Assembly: GCA_907165135.1 (NCBI GenBank)
Contig: OU015570.1
Location: 2,749,929 to 2,813,928, forward strand
From: Oikopleura dioica
Taxonomy: Eukaryota; Animalia; Chordata
Direction: 5' to 3'
DNA: 64,000 nt
Part shown: positions 35,396 through 46,981 of the stretch, piece after piece
Layout: each line of letters opens with the position of its first letter
How positions within the stretch are numbered: the stretch's first letter is position 1
Translations under genes and position numbers: made by a program
The notes under the pieces: model-generated
Database searches by the model: none
What the model saw: only the letters and a program-made list of their open reading frames with translations
What the model was told of the DNA's origin: nothing

Positions 35396-36280
35396 TTAAT
35401 TTATTTCAATCGCACTGAACAAGGCATCAATTATGTCAGAATTTTTAATTTGATTTGACTCAAATAATTTCAAAAACTCCGATAAGGATTGTTTACATTC
35501 AAGTCGCCAGTAAAGATAACAGATGGCAAATTTACCACAGTTTGAGGAATTAGCTGATTGGACCGGGTGACGGCGGGAGTGAGTCTTCGTAAAGACTGAG
35601 TCTTTTTGTAAAGACTCATTCCCGCCGTCACCGCGCGGTAACGGCGGGAGTGAGTCTTTGTTCTAAAAACTTTTTCAACTTGGAAATATAGTCGGAGCGG
35701 TAGACGTGTAACTTGTTATATTAATGAATTTGCTCTAAGACAAGCGCGGAGCGCATAGACGGTAAGAAAATGGTTTGAATGTCATGTTCACTGACTTTAA
35801 GGTTATCCCTTCATGTTCGATAAGGAACTGATGAATAGAAATGATTCAGGAGAAATAACAAATTTTTTCTAGAGACATAAACAATTGCTCAAAAAAGACT
35901 TAGTCTTTTATTTTTCTAATAAAAAGACTCACTACCCGAAGAAAAAGACTCAGTCTTTGCGCGAAGACTCAGTCTTTACAAAGACTCACTCCCGCCGTCA
36001 ACCGATTTGACCCGTGGTGTACAATTAAGTATTTTATTGGGTAATTCAAATTTCAGGAAGTGATGGACAGAATCAAGAGTTTTATTCGTTATACAACCAA
36101 GAGGGTCAGAGACTTCTATTGTTTCAGAATCCAGGTAGAGGCTTATCCAATGCTGGTCTGTGTAAATGAGAAAAGCTGAAGGGTAATCAAAAGGAGCAAT
36201 ATTGTCCAGGTCACGTGAAAAAATATTCCAGTGAAATTCGGAAGATTTCGTAGATACATCTCAGCAGTACCAGCATCCAT
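35396..36280 (-). pseudogene. Adenain-like cysteine protease, copy 1 (MITE-interrupted)
   Basis: FTGIF...D, HWISLY (H), VSDPLG (D), QSANSSNCGKF (Q, C); frameshift in a T run. Confidence 0.8.
35565..36003. mobile_element. 439-bp MITE with GG termini and 9-bp TSD (Merlin- or Mutator-like)
   Basis: 23-bp TIR GG(G/T)TGACGGCGGGAGTGAGTCTT; TSD GATTGGACC/GATTTGACC; empty site visible in the duplicate copy near 41190. Confidence 0.9.
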
Positions 36281-36289
36281 TTTCTTTTA

Positions 36290-36490
36290 TTATCGTTTTT
36301 TGCTCGCTTTTCTTTTGGATTTGGTTTTTTTTGTTTTTTTTTCTTTTTGCTTTCGCTTTTGTTTTAGTTGCTTTTCTTTTGCCCCGCCCCTTGATTTTTT
36401 TCGGAACAAACCGCGAAACCGCCTTGCTTATAAATATGTTCTATTTTCTTTTAAGACATTTTAAACTTACCAAAGTCCTTTCTTTGCCAT
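36290..36490 (-). CDS. Small highly basic (K/R-rich) putative core protein, spliced
   Basis: MAKKGL + 44-nt intron (36427-36470) + CKAVSRFVPKKIKGRGKRKATKTKAKAKR...; tail frame uncertain in poly-A runs; duplicate 5185 bp downstream. Confidence 0.55.
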
Positions 36491-36598
36491 TTTCAATCAA
36501 TGTCTTATGTACTTTTGTGATGAAAAGAATCAGAGTAAACAGAATCAGGAGCCAAATTAAACAAGCGACCAAACATAATCATAAGCTTGATTCATCAG

Positions 36599-36967
36599 CT
36601 AAAAGCTACACTCAAGAGTTATAATGAGTTGCGTCACTTCCGCATTCGCAACTATTTTGATTCGTCTTTTAATTTTATCCATAATCCATCGGTTTAGCGG
36701 GAGATTAATTTGATATTCATTTTTTGTCCATGATTGTAAGACATGAATCACGCCAGTAGGATTTGCAATATTTTCTTCAATCAAATTACATCTTAGCACA
36801 ATCATTTCACTGGGAGCTTTTTTAAATTTTGCATAGACTGTTGTTGCTCGAATATATGATCCATCTAGTTGCGTAGGATATGTCCATTCAAACACAGATT
36901 TATCATGGTTAATAGCACTAACACAATGGTCAGCGTAAGAATCCAAGTGTAGAAAATATGAACTCAT
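36599..36967 (-). CDS. Putative minor capsid (penton-like) protein, 122 aa
   Basis: N-terminus FLHLDS...N...FEWTYPTQLDG resembles Polinton penton; beta-rich pattern; position in virion module; duplicate 41784-42152. Confidence 0.4.
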   Translation of the reverse strand: MSSYFLHLDSYADHCVSAINHDKSVFEWTYPTQLDGSYIRATTVYAKFKKAPSEMIVLRCNLIEENIANPTGVIHVLQSWTKNEYQINLPLNRWIMDKIKRRIKIVANAEVTQLIITLECSF

Positions 36968-36995
36968 TCTAAAAAAATGGTTTTAAAGATAATTT

Positions 36996-37990
36996 TTAAC
37001 GTTTCTTTCTTGTTACCACATTCAGCTCTCTTTCATAACAAGATCGTGGTAAAATATCACCAGAAGGGCTTCTTAGCTTGAAATAACAAACTGTTTCAGA
37101 ACGATAACTTTTATGAATTGTATAAATCTCTTCTGTCCAGTTGAGTTTATACCCCTTTCCAAATAATCTTTCTGCAGGCGGAATAAAATCCTCAAGGGGT
37201 ATACGTACTTTATCACCAGGGTAAAATCGACACAAAGGAAGAACAAGCTCTTTTCCAGCATTTACTTGCTTGTAGATTTCAGGCCAGTTCTTTCGATTTA
37301 TCTGATTAGGAGCGACCCCAAGAGATCTGTTTATAGTATTATTTATATTTCTAACAATTTTTTGAAGAACATCTATCCATTTTGTTGACTTGTTTTCCGT
37401 GTAGAATCTAGCGAGTCGGTGTTTTATTTTTTTACTAAATCATATTAAATAGAACTTATTTTGAACATACATGCTGTGCTCGGCATAATAAGATTTATGT
37501 TTTCCAGAAAGCCGGTACTGGAACATGCCATATTTATTATACAATACTGTCCGCACAACTTGGTTCTGAAATTCTGTTCCATCATCTGATGCAAACGATC
37601 GTGGTACGTGAGGCATGTTTGCAACAATGTCGTCAATTGCAGCTGCAGTGTCATCACCATTTTTCGTTTTTAAAGGCCTTGCCCAAATTTTTGCAGTTGC
37701 GATATCAACAACAACAAGAACGTATTTATAACCCTTGTTATGTCGAGGTGTTTATCAACATACCTAAGAATTCTGTTTTTATAATTTATTTTTTTTTGAT
37801 GATAAATAGATGATAATTAAAAGAAAATAACAGTATTCCCGTTCATTATGTCAGCCTGTATAGCCACAAACGGCCCGGATACAACAGTGTTACGTCGTCG
37901 GAGTTTTCTGATTCGAGGTCGATGTCTTGATAAAGTTTCGTTTGTTCGTAAAAATTTTTGCAGATCAGCGGAATAAGAAGAAGGAAAAGA
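36996..37990 (-). CDS. Maverick rve integrase, spliced, copy 1
   Basis: IQADI (D), YKYVLVVVD, SDDGTEF (D), AEHS|I (E; 36-nt intron 37435-37470), C-terminal FYPGDKVRI...KGYKLNWTEEIY...YEREL; probable GA-AG intron 37764-37844. Confidence 0.88.
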
Positions 37991-37998
37991 AAGATTTG

Positions 37999-38686
37999 TT
38001 AACGCGGGGTGGTAAGAATGTCTGATACAGCTCTAGAAAATAACGGTGAGCAATTAGGATGACTGTATTTCTGAGTCCACCCCAATCTGAACAGCTCATT
38101 CGGAGTCACTTCCTTCTGAAGAAATGGATTCGTCGTCGCTGGATCCTTTGCTGACGCTTTCGCTGTCGGAGTCGGAGTCGGAGTCGGAGTTGGTGGAGGA
38201 GTTTTGGGAGCCGGCTTCACTTTCTGTTTCATTCTCGCTATCGCTCTGTCCGCTGGACTCTCTTTTGTACTGAGATTCTCCAGCTGTCGTGACAGTATAT
38301 TCACTTCCTTGTTCATTTTTCGACGATTTCTTCTCATTGCTTTCTTTTGGAGAGTCGGGATTTTCACTCGTTTCCTTGTACTCTCTTTCACGCTCAATCT
38401 TTCGCTTCTTCGATTTTGATTTGGATTTTTCTCGCGATCGTTGTTTCGACCGTTTTGCTGCCTTCTGGAGGAGCTTCTCAGCCTTCTGAACACGTTTTCG
38501 AGATGAACTGGTAAAACCATCTCGAGGTATCGATCGTTTACCAAGTTGACAAGTGAAAATTTTTTGTGTATCACAAGGTCTCTCTCCTTTTACTTCCTCA
38601 ATCGTGTGATCAACACAGTATTGAAGAATTTCAGGGAGTGGAGCAAGGACTTTACGCGGCATTGAGATTTTTTTATTTATTTTCAA
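37999..38686 (-). CDS. Low-complexity K/R/S/E-rich protein; two overlapping same-strand ORFs (196 and 191 aa)
   Basis: ORFs 38096-38686 and 37999-38574; duplicated at 43184-43871. Confidence 0.45.
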
Positions 38687-38800
38687 AACTCGTTGAGCGT
38701 TCTGCCAAAATCTTATGTTTATTTAAAATCACAGATCAAACACATCGTTCTGTTGCCAAAAACAAACTCCATCTCGCAAGACAAATTCTTTTTTTGACTC

Positions 38801-39169
38801 ATGGAATTTTGGGTATCCCTAAGAAGAGTGTCTTTCTACAAACAGAAGAACAACACCGTTGGAATTTATATCGACGGACAAATTAATAAAATAGATAATA
38901 CAAACACGACCGCTGATCCCAATTTCTTTGATACAAAAATCAACGACGTTAAATCGTTTAAGCTCCAAGTCGACAGTAAAGATATAACAGATCACTGTTG
39001 GTTACCAAAAGCCGACTTCGCCGTCTTTCGGGTCGTCGGAAAAGAGACACATCCACTTGGCCAAAGACATAAGAACGGAGATTTACTGGTCGCTTCATCA
39101 GTAACCAAATGCGAACTCTTCAAGGACACGTCGTTAAGTCTTACAAAATCAAACACCCTTGCTCAATGA
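38801..39169 (+). CDS. Hypothetical protein (122 aa) overlapping the ATPase start
   Basis: Intact ORF, identical copy 43986-44354. Confidence 0.45.
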   Translation: MEFWVSLRRVSFYKQKNNTVGIYIDGQINKIDNTNTTADPNFFDTKINDVKSFKLQVDSKDITDHCWLPKADFAVFRVVGKETHPLGQRHKNGDLLVASSVTKCELFKDTSLSLTKSNTLAQ

Positions 39170-39821
39170 TTGTTGCCGGTTCTTCTGGGTAAAATGTATA
39201 AGTATGTATTGAAATATAGAATTAAGCGTTGGAAAAACAAGATTCCGTAAAAAACTTCTGCAACACAAAATTTTCGACAAGAAGATAAAACATGTCTTCT
39301 ATTATGCTTGCCCCGGCGCGAAAAACCCTAACTGGAACGATTCTCTACCGTCTATCAGAATTCATTTTCGAGAAGGCTTACCAACGACCCGTCAATTTCT
39401 GACTCTTCCTAAAAACTCACTTGTTGTCATTGATGATCAATTTGAAGATGCTGTCGAATCGCCAGATGTTCAAAAAGCATTTACAGTTTACCGTCGTAAA
39501 TGTAAATTTTCAATTATCCTGATCTCACAAAATGTTTATGAGAAGGGAAAGAAGGCAAAAACTATTCGTAGCAACACAAATATCTTTGTTCTTTTTAATA
39601 ATTACGGAGATCAGATGCAAAACCATATACTTACTCGACAGCTAATGCTAGAAAAACGTTATAAAGAGTTTCGAGCAGATCACTTTAAAACAAAAAATGA
39701 TTTCCATAGCTATGCTGTTATTAATAATGCTGCTGAGCATGAAGATATGCGAGTTGCGACAAATATTTTTTCCGAATCCTCTCATTTAGGAATCAAGCTA
39801 CCTGTCTTTTACACTGATTAA
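39109..39821 (+). CDS. Packaging ATPase (A32/FtsK-HerA type), about 224 aa, spliced
   Basis: Walker A GSSG|VGKT rebuilt by removing a 38-nt intron (39189-39226); Walker B LVVIDD; ILISQN; IRSNTN. Confidence 0.9.
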
Positions 39822-39994
39822 TAAAACACGTTTTTTTTTATTTTGTTTCATTCTATTACTTGTTTGTTTTTATGATCGAAAGAAACTAGCAGAACCGTCA
39901 ATCTCAAGCCGGTAAGGATGATCGTTCAATGTTTCGAATGAAAGAGGAGCATCTCCAGGCAATTTCCCTAGATAAGTTAATGAAGGAACTATGT

Positions 39995-40492
39995 TCAATT
40001 TAATGTCAAACCTTTGATCAGATCATAATGTTTTGCCATTTCAGCATTCATAATTGGAAGAAGCATTTTCGCAAGGCCATCCATGAAATTTTTTCGGTGA
40101 ATCTCATTATAATTCCGGAAGGTAGCAAAGGTATGAGCAACTCCATAGATCAGGATATAGTAAAGATAGGGAAAGATTGGTTGTCCTCGAGATGTGATTT
40201 TTTGTTTGTAGAACTCACCAATAAATTGGCACACCGATAAATCCATTCTTTCAGGCTCAATTAACTCACCATCACTAGACGGAAACTCGATTAGCATTTG
40301 ATTGAGCAACATCTGCCTAACGTCCTCACTCCAGAGTGCACCTTTGGCATTTGCCTTCGAGATAAATCCATAGCATTTTCTTTTGATCAGCTGGATTAAT
40401 TTCTCCACATTATAGTCATTTGTCTCCTCACGACCAACAAAGCACTTATTGATATGCCTGATTGTAATTAAAAACTGAGTTTTATCTCCCAT
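39995..40492 (-). CDS. Hypothetical Maverick protein (165 aa)
   Basis: Intact ORF, identical copy 45180-45677. Confidence 0.5.
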   Translation of the reverse strand: MGDKTQFLITIRHINKCFVGREETNDYNVEKLIQLIKRKCYGFISKANAKGALWSEDVRQMLLNQMLIEFPSSDGELIEPERMDLSVCQFIGEFYKQKITSRGQPIFPYLYYILIYGVAHTFATFRNYNEIHRKNFMDGLAKMLLPIMNAEMAKHYDLIKGLTLN

Positions 40493-41027
40493 CTTGCGAA
40501 TTTATTTCACGTCTGAGAAATTTTCAAGAGAGCAAAATTAAGCTGAACATCCTAGTCATGCCAAAACAAATAAAACCATGATGGGAAAAATGTCAAAATG
40601 CCAACCAGCTTTCTATGAATGAAGACTCACCATCGATGGAAAGATGCCTTACAAGATTTCAGCGACATAAACTTGAGTCATTTACGCTTTCTGTCAACAG
40701 CGAACCTCTACCAGGCCATCCTTTGAAATCAGATTCGGCATTCTACTATAACTTTCTTCAGATGACTGACAGATATATGAATCCCTGGAGCAGTGGTGTC
40801 TTACCTTTCTCGCATTTCAAAAAAAACAACTTCTTTGTTGTTATCAATTTCGAAAATTTGTAACGAACATCTGGTCAACTTCATGTCAAACTCAGATTCT
40901 CAGAAAATCTCCTCGAAAAATTTCAGCTTATATACATGCCTGTCTATCCTAAAAAACTTGTGATTTCACCTCATAATGATATATCTGTAACTGATCAATA
41001 AATACGAGTTTAATAATATAACTTCTT

Positions 41028-41464
41028 TTAATTTATTTCAATCGCACTGAACAAGGCATCAATAATGTCAGAATTTTTAATTTGATTTGACTCAAATAAT
41101 TTCAAAAACTCCGATAAGGATTGTTTACATTCAAGTCGCCAGTAAAGATAACAGATGGCAAATTTACCACAGTTTGAGGAATTAGCTGATTGGACCCCTG
41201 GTGTACAATTAAGTATTTTATTGGGTAATTCAAATTTCAGGAAGTGATGGACAGAATCAAGAGTTTTATTCGTTATACAACCAAGAGGGTCAGAGACTTC
41301 GTTTGTTTCAGAATCCAGGTAGAGGCTTATCCAATGCTGGTCTGTGTAAATGAGAAAAGCTGAAGGGTAATCAAAAGGAGCAATATTGTCCAGGTCACGT
41401 GAAAAAATATTCCAGTGAAATTCGGAAGATTTCGTAGATACATCTCAGCAGTACCAGCATCCAT
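41028..41464 (-). CDS. Adenain-like protease, copy 2 (no MITE)
   Basis: Contiguous HW...D...TPGVQSANSSNCG; same T-run frameshift as copy 1. Confidence 0.78.
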
Positions 41465-42180
41465 TTTCTTTTATTATCGTTTTTTGCTCGCTTTTCTTTT
41501 GGATTTGGTTTTTTTTGTTTTTTTTTTCTTTTTGCTTTCGCTTTTGTTTTAGTTGCTTTTCTTTTGCCCCGCCCCTTGATTTTTTTCGGAACAAACCGCG
41601 AAACCGCCTTGCTTATAAATATGTTCTATTTTCTTTTAAGACATTTTAAACTTACCAAAGTCCTTTCTTTGCCATTTTCAATCAATGTCTTATGTACTTT
41701 TGTGATGAAAAGAATCAGAGTAAACAGAATCAGGAGCCAAATTAAACAAGCGACCAAACATAATCATAAGCTTGATTCATCAGCTAAAAGCTACACTCAA
41801 GAGTTATAATGAGTTGCGTCACTTCCGCATTCGCAACTATTTTGATTCGTCTTTTAATTTTATCCATAATCCATCGGTTTAGCGGGAGATTAATTTGATA
41901 TTGATTTTTTGTCCATGATTGTAAGACATGAATCACGCCAGTAGGATTTGCAATATTTTCTTCAATCAAATTACATCTTAGCACAATCATTTCACTGGGA
42001 GCTTTTTTAAATTTTGCATAGACTGTTGTTGCTCGAATATATGATCCATCTAGTTGCGTAGGATATGTCCATTCAAACACAGATTTATCATGGTTAATAG
42101 CACTAACACAATGGTCAGCGTAAGAATCCAAGTGTAGAAAATATGAACTCATTCTAAAAAAATGGTTTTAAAGATAATTT

Positions 42181-43175
42181 TTAACGTTTCTTTCTTGTTA
42201 CCACATTCAGCTCTCTTTCATAACAAGATCGTGGTAAAATATCACCAGAAGGGCTTCTTAGCTTGAAATAACAAACTGTTTCAGAACGATAACTTTTATG
42301 AATTGTATAAATCTCTTCTGTCCAGTTGAGTTTATACCCCTTTCCAAATAATCTTTCTGCAGGCGGAATAAAATCCTCAAGGGGTATACGTACTTTATCA
42401 CCAGGGTAAAATCGACACAAAGGAAGAACAAGCTCTTTTCCAGCATTTACTTGCTTGTAGATTTCAGGCCAGTTCTTTCGATTTATCTGATTAGGAGCGA
42501 CCCCAAGAGATCTGTTTATAGTATTATTTATATTTCTAACAATTTTTTGAAGAACATCTATCCATTTTGTTGACTTGTTTTCCGTGTAGAATCTAGCGAG
42601 TCGGTGTTTTATTTTTTTACTAAATCATATTAAATAGAACTTATTTTGAACATACATGCTGTGCTCGGCATAATAAGATTTATGTTTTCCAGAAAGCCGG
42701 TACTGGAACATGCCATATTTATTATACAATACTGTCCGCACAACTTGGTTCTGAAATTCTGTTCCATCATCTGATGCAAACGATCGTGGTACGTGAGGCA
42801 TGTTTGCAACAATGTCGTCAATTGCAGCTGCAGTGTCATCACCATTTTTCGTTTTTAAAGGCCTTGCCCAAATTTTTGCAGTTGCGATATCAACAACAAC
42901 AAGAACGTATTTATAACCCTTGTTATGTCGAGGTGTTTATCAACATACCTAAGAATTCTGTTTTTATAATTTATTTTTTTTTGATGATAAATAGATGATA
43001 ATTAAAAGAAAATAACAGTATTCCCGTTCATTATGTCAGCCTGTATAGCCACAAACGGCCCGGATACAACAGTGTTACGTCGTCGGAGTTTTCTGATTCG
43101 AGGTCGATGTCTTGATAAAGTTTCGTTTGTTCGTAAAAATTTTTGCAGATCAGCGGAATAAGAAGAAGGAAAAGA
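42181..43175 (-). CDS. Maverick rve integrase, copy 2
   Basis: Same sequence and introns as copy 1. Confidence 0.85.
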
Positions 43176-44293
43176 AAGATTTGTTAACGCGGGGTGGTAA
43201 GAATGTCTGATACAGCTCTAGAAAATAACGGTGAGCAATTAGGATGACTGTATTTCTGAGTCCACCCCAATCTGAACAGCTCATTCGGAGTCACTTCCTT
43301 CTGAAGAAATGGATTCGTCGTCGCTGGATCCTTTGCTGACGCTTTCGCTGTCGGAGTCGGAGTCGGAGTCGGAGTTGGTGGAGGAGTTTTGGGAGCCGGC
43401 TTCACTTTCTGTTTCATTCTCGCTATCGCTCTGTCCGCTGGACTCTCTTTTGTACTGAGATTCTCCAGCTGTCGTGACAGTATATTCACTTCCTTGTTCA
43501 TTTTTCGACGATTTCTTCTCATTGCTTTCTTTTGGAGAGTCGGGATTTTCACTCGTTTCCTTGTACTCTCTTTCACGCTCAATCTTTCGCTTCTTCGATT
43601 TTGATTTGGATTTTTCTCGCGATCGTTGTTTCGACCGTTTTGCTGCCTTCTGGAGGAGCTTCTCAGCCTTCTGAACACGTTTTCGAGATGAACTGGTAAA
43701 ACCATCTCGAGGTATCGATCGTTTACCAAGTTGACAAGTGAAAATTTTTTGTGTATCACAAGGTCTCTCTCCTTTTACTTCCTCAATCGTGTGATCAACA
43801 CAGTATTGAAGAATTTCAGGGAGTGGAGCAAGGACTTTACGCGGCATTGAGATTTTTTTATTTATTTTCAAAACTCGTTGAGCGTTCTGCCAAAATCTTA
43901 TGTTTATTTAAAATCACAGATCAAACACATCGTTCTGTTGCCAAAAACAAACTCCATCTCGCAAGACAAATTCTTTTTTTGACTCATGGAATTTTGGGTA
44001 TCCCTAAGAAGAGTGTCTTTCTACAAACAGAAGAACAACACCGTTGGAATTTATATCGACGGACAAATTAATAAAATAGATAATACAAACACGACCGCTG
44101 ATCCCAATTTCTTTGATACAAAAATCAACGACGTTAAATCGTTTAAGCTCCAAGTCGACAGTAAAGATATAACAGATCACTGTTGGTTACCAAAAGCCGA
44201 CTTCGCCGTCTTTCGGGTCGTCGGAAAAGAGACACATCCACTTGGCCAAAGACATAAGAACGGAGATTTACTGGTCGCTTCATCAGTAACCAA

Positions 44294-45006
44294 ATGCGAA
44301 CTCTTCAAGGACACGTCGTTAAGTCTTACAAAATCAAACACCCTTGCTCAATGATTGTTGCCGGTTCTTCTGGGTAAAATGTATAAGTATGTATTGAAAT
44401 ATAGAATTAAGCGTTGGAAAAACAAGATTCCGTAAAAAACTTCTGCAACACAAAATTTTCGACAAGAAGATAAAACATGTCTTCTATTATGCTTGCCCCG
44501 GCGCGAAAAACCCTAACTGGAACGATTCTCTACCGTCTATCAGAATTCATTTTCGAGAAGGCTTACCAACGACCCGTCAATTTCTGACTCTTCCTAAAAA
44601 CTCACTTGTTGTCATTGATGATCAATTTGAAGATGCTGTCGAATCGCCAGATGTTCAAAAAGCATTTACAGTTTACCGTCGTAAATGTAAATTTTCAATT
44701 ATCCTGATCTCACAAAATGTTTATGAGAAGGGAAAGAAGGCAAAAACTATTCGTAGCAACACAAATATCTTTGTTCTTTTTAATAATTACGGAGATCAGA
44801 TGCAAAACCATATACTTACTCGACAGCTAATGCTAGAAAAACGTTATAAAGAGTTTCGAGCAGATCACTTTAAAACAAAAAATGATTTCCATAGCTATGC
44901 TGTTATTAATAATGCTGCTGAGCATGAAGATATGCGAGTTGCGACAAATATTTTTTCCGAATCCTCTCATTTAGGAATCAAGCTACCTGTCTTTTACACT
45001 GATTAA
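44294..45006 (+). CDS. Packaging ATPase, copy 2
   Basis: Same sequence; intron 44374-44411. Confidence 0.88.
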
Positions 45007-45864
45007 TAAAACACGTTTTTTTTTATTTTGTTTCATTCTATTACTTGTTTGTTTTTATGATCGAAAGAAACTAGCAGAACCGTCAATCTCAAGCCGGTAA
45101 GGATGATCGTTCAATGTTTCGAATGAAAGAGGAGCATCTCCAGGCAATTTCCCTAGATAAGTTAATGAAGGAACTATGTTCAATTTAATGTCAAACCTTT
45201 GATCAGATCATAATGTTTTGCCATTTCAGCATTCATAATTGGAAGAAGCATTTTCGCAAGGCCATCCATGAAATTTTTTCGGTGAATCTCATTATAATTC
45301 CGGAAGGTAGCAAAGGTATGAGCAACTCCATAGATCAGGATATAGTAAAGATAGGGAAAGATTGGTTGTCCTCGAGATGTGATTTTTTGTTTGTAGAACT
45401 CACCAATAAATTGGCACACCGATAAATCCATTCTTTCAGGCTCAATTAACTCACCATCACTAGACGGAAACTCGATTAGCATTTGATTGAGCAACATCTG
45501 CCTAACGTCCTCACTCCAGAGTGCACCTTTGGCATTTGCCTTCGAGATAAATCCATAGCATTTTCTTTTGATCAGCTGGATTAATTTCTCCACATTATAG
45601 TCATTTGTCTCCTCACGACCAACAAAGCACTTATTGATATGCCTGATTGTAATTAAAAACTGAGTTTTATCTCCCATCTTGCGAATTTATTTCACGTCTG
45701 AGAAATTTTCAAGAGAGCAAAATTAAGCTGAACATCCTAGTCATGCCAAAACAAATAAAACCATGATGGGAAAAATGTCAAAATGCCAACCAACTTTCTA
45801 TCGTTTTTTGAATGCCAAGTCAAACAAGTCAACGCTTTCGAAATTATTTGTTTTTGTGATTTTA

Positions 45865-46458
45865 TTAGTAGATGAGATACGGTTTGTAATGAGTCGAAAC
45901 ATATGTAGCAAGATGTTTCATGATTATTTCTGATTTTTCCAGAAGAAAATCGGTCTCCGTCTTAATAAGCATGTTGACCAAAGATTCACAAAGGGGAGAA
46001 GTCCTGTTCTGTTGTGTCTCGATATGTAACCCAACAACAAGTTTGAGTTTTACATATGAGTCGATCGATGCATCATTTTTTGAAATTTTCATTCGAAGCA
46101 GACGTTTGAAAAGATTATTCAATTTTTCATTTCGATCATTTTCTTCGAGATCGAGATTTTCTTTGAAGTAATCCAACTCTCTTGAAATTCTTCCTGACAG
46201 CTTGTCTTTCCTCGCTGATTTTTTATCAGCTTCTCGAATCGAAAGTTGAACAACAAAATCATCAGTGTATCGTTTGAGAAATTGTACTTCAGCGGACAAA
46301 TTTTGAGTTGGTCGAAGAAACTCGTCGGTAAGATTAAAGAAGTAAGCGCTCATTTGGTCATATTTCACTTCTGTAGATTTCTTGATGGACTTGATAAATA
46401 ACGTTGATATCAGTATATTGGCGACACAAACCAGACTTATGACAAACTCGTAACGCAT
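45865..46458 (-). CDS. Hypothetical protein (197 aa) with N-terminal signal/anchor
   Basis: FVISLVCVANILISTLFI then a charged helical body. Confidence 0.5.
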   Translation of the reverse strand: MRYEFVISLVCVANILISTLFIKSIKKSTEVKYDQMSAYFFNLTDEFLRPTQNLSAEVQFLKRYTDDFVVQLSIREADKKSARKDKLSGRISRELDYFKENLDLEENDRNEKLNNLFKRLLRMKISKNDASIDSYVKLKLVVGLHIETQQNRTSPLCESLVNMLIKTETDFLLEKSEIIMKHLATYVSTHYKPYLIY

Positions 46459-46526
46459 TTTCTCTGGTGTGTCTGATCTAGAAAGAAAATAAAACTGCCT
46501 TCTTGCTATAAAGCAAACACTAGCTA

Positions 46527-46702
46527 TGTCAACAGACCAGAGACATCAGTATGACTATACCAATGACAATCAGGTCTGGTTCACTGGAATTTATGCTAGT
46601 AGCGCTAGTAGCTCTCTACCCTCTATGGTTGGGTGCTTATGAGCATACCCCGGTAAGACAGGGAGGTAGAGCGTTCTTTAGCTACACACGGGTCTACATA
46701 CA
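46527..46702 (-). mobile_element. Possible orphan 3' LTR remnant (176 bp) with PPT
   Basis: Minus strand GAGAGGAGGGGGG directly followed by TGTATG...TTGACA; no partner LTR seen. Confidence 0.35.
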
Positions 46703-46981
46703 CCCCCCTCCTCTCAATCTATGTAAAGAATGTGACAGTGGCAGGAGATTTTGTGGCTTGAGGAATGCGATTATTCTTAGTCTTACGTTTTGATCGAAGA
46801 CTATGGTGAGGATAGTGTTTAGGCGGAATAGGAGATATTTCATAACCTTAGTAAAAAAATTTCAATATTCCGAAAAATTGAAGCTTTGTTTATTTTATTG
46901 TCACTTGAACATGGGAATCGATTCTTCGATGAGTATGCCCAATTATTAACCAAAGGTTAATCAACAACTTTTAAGACAGTC

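Larger units (their letters stand above)
34981..45801. repeat. Tandem duplication of about 5.19 kb (copy 1 34981-40616 incl. MITE; copy 2 40613-45801)
   Basis: Constant 5185-bp offset of ORFs; 4-bp CTAT microhomology at the junction; copy 2 capsid fragment has AAA->TAA. Confidence 0.95.
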
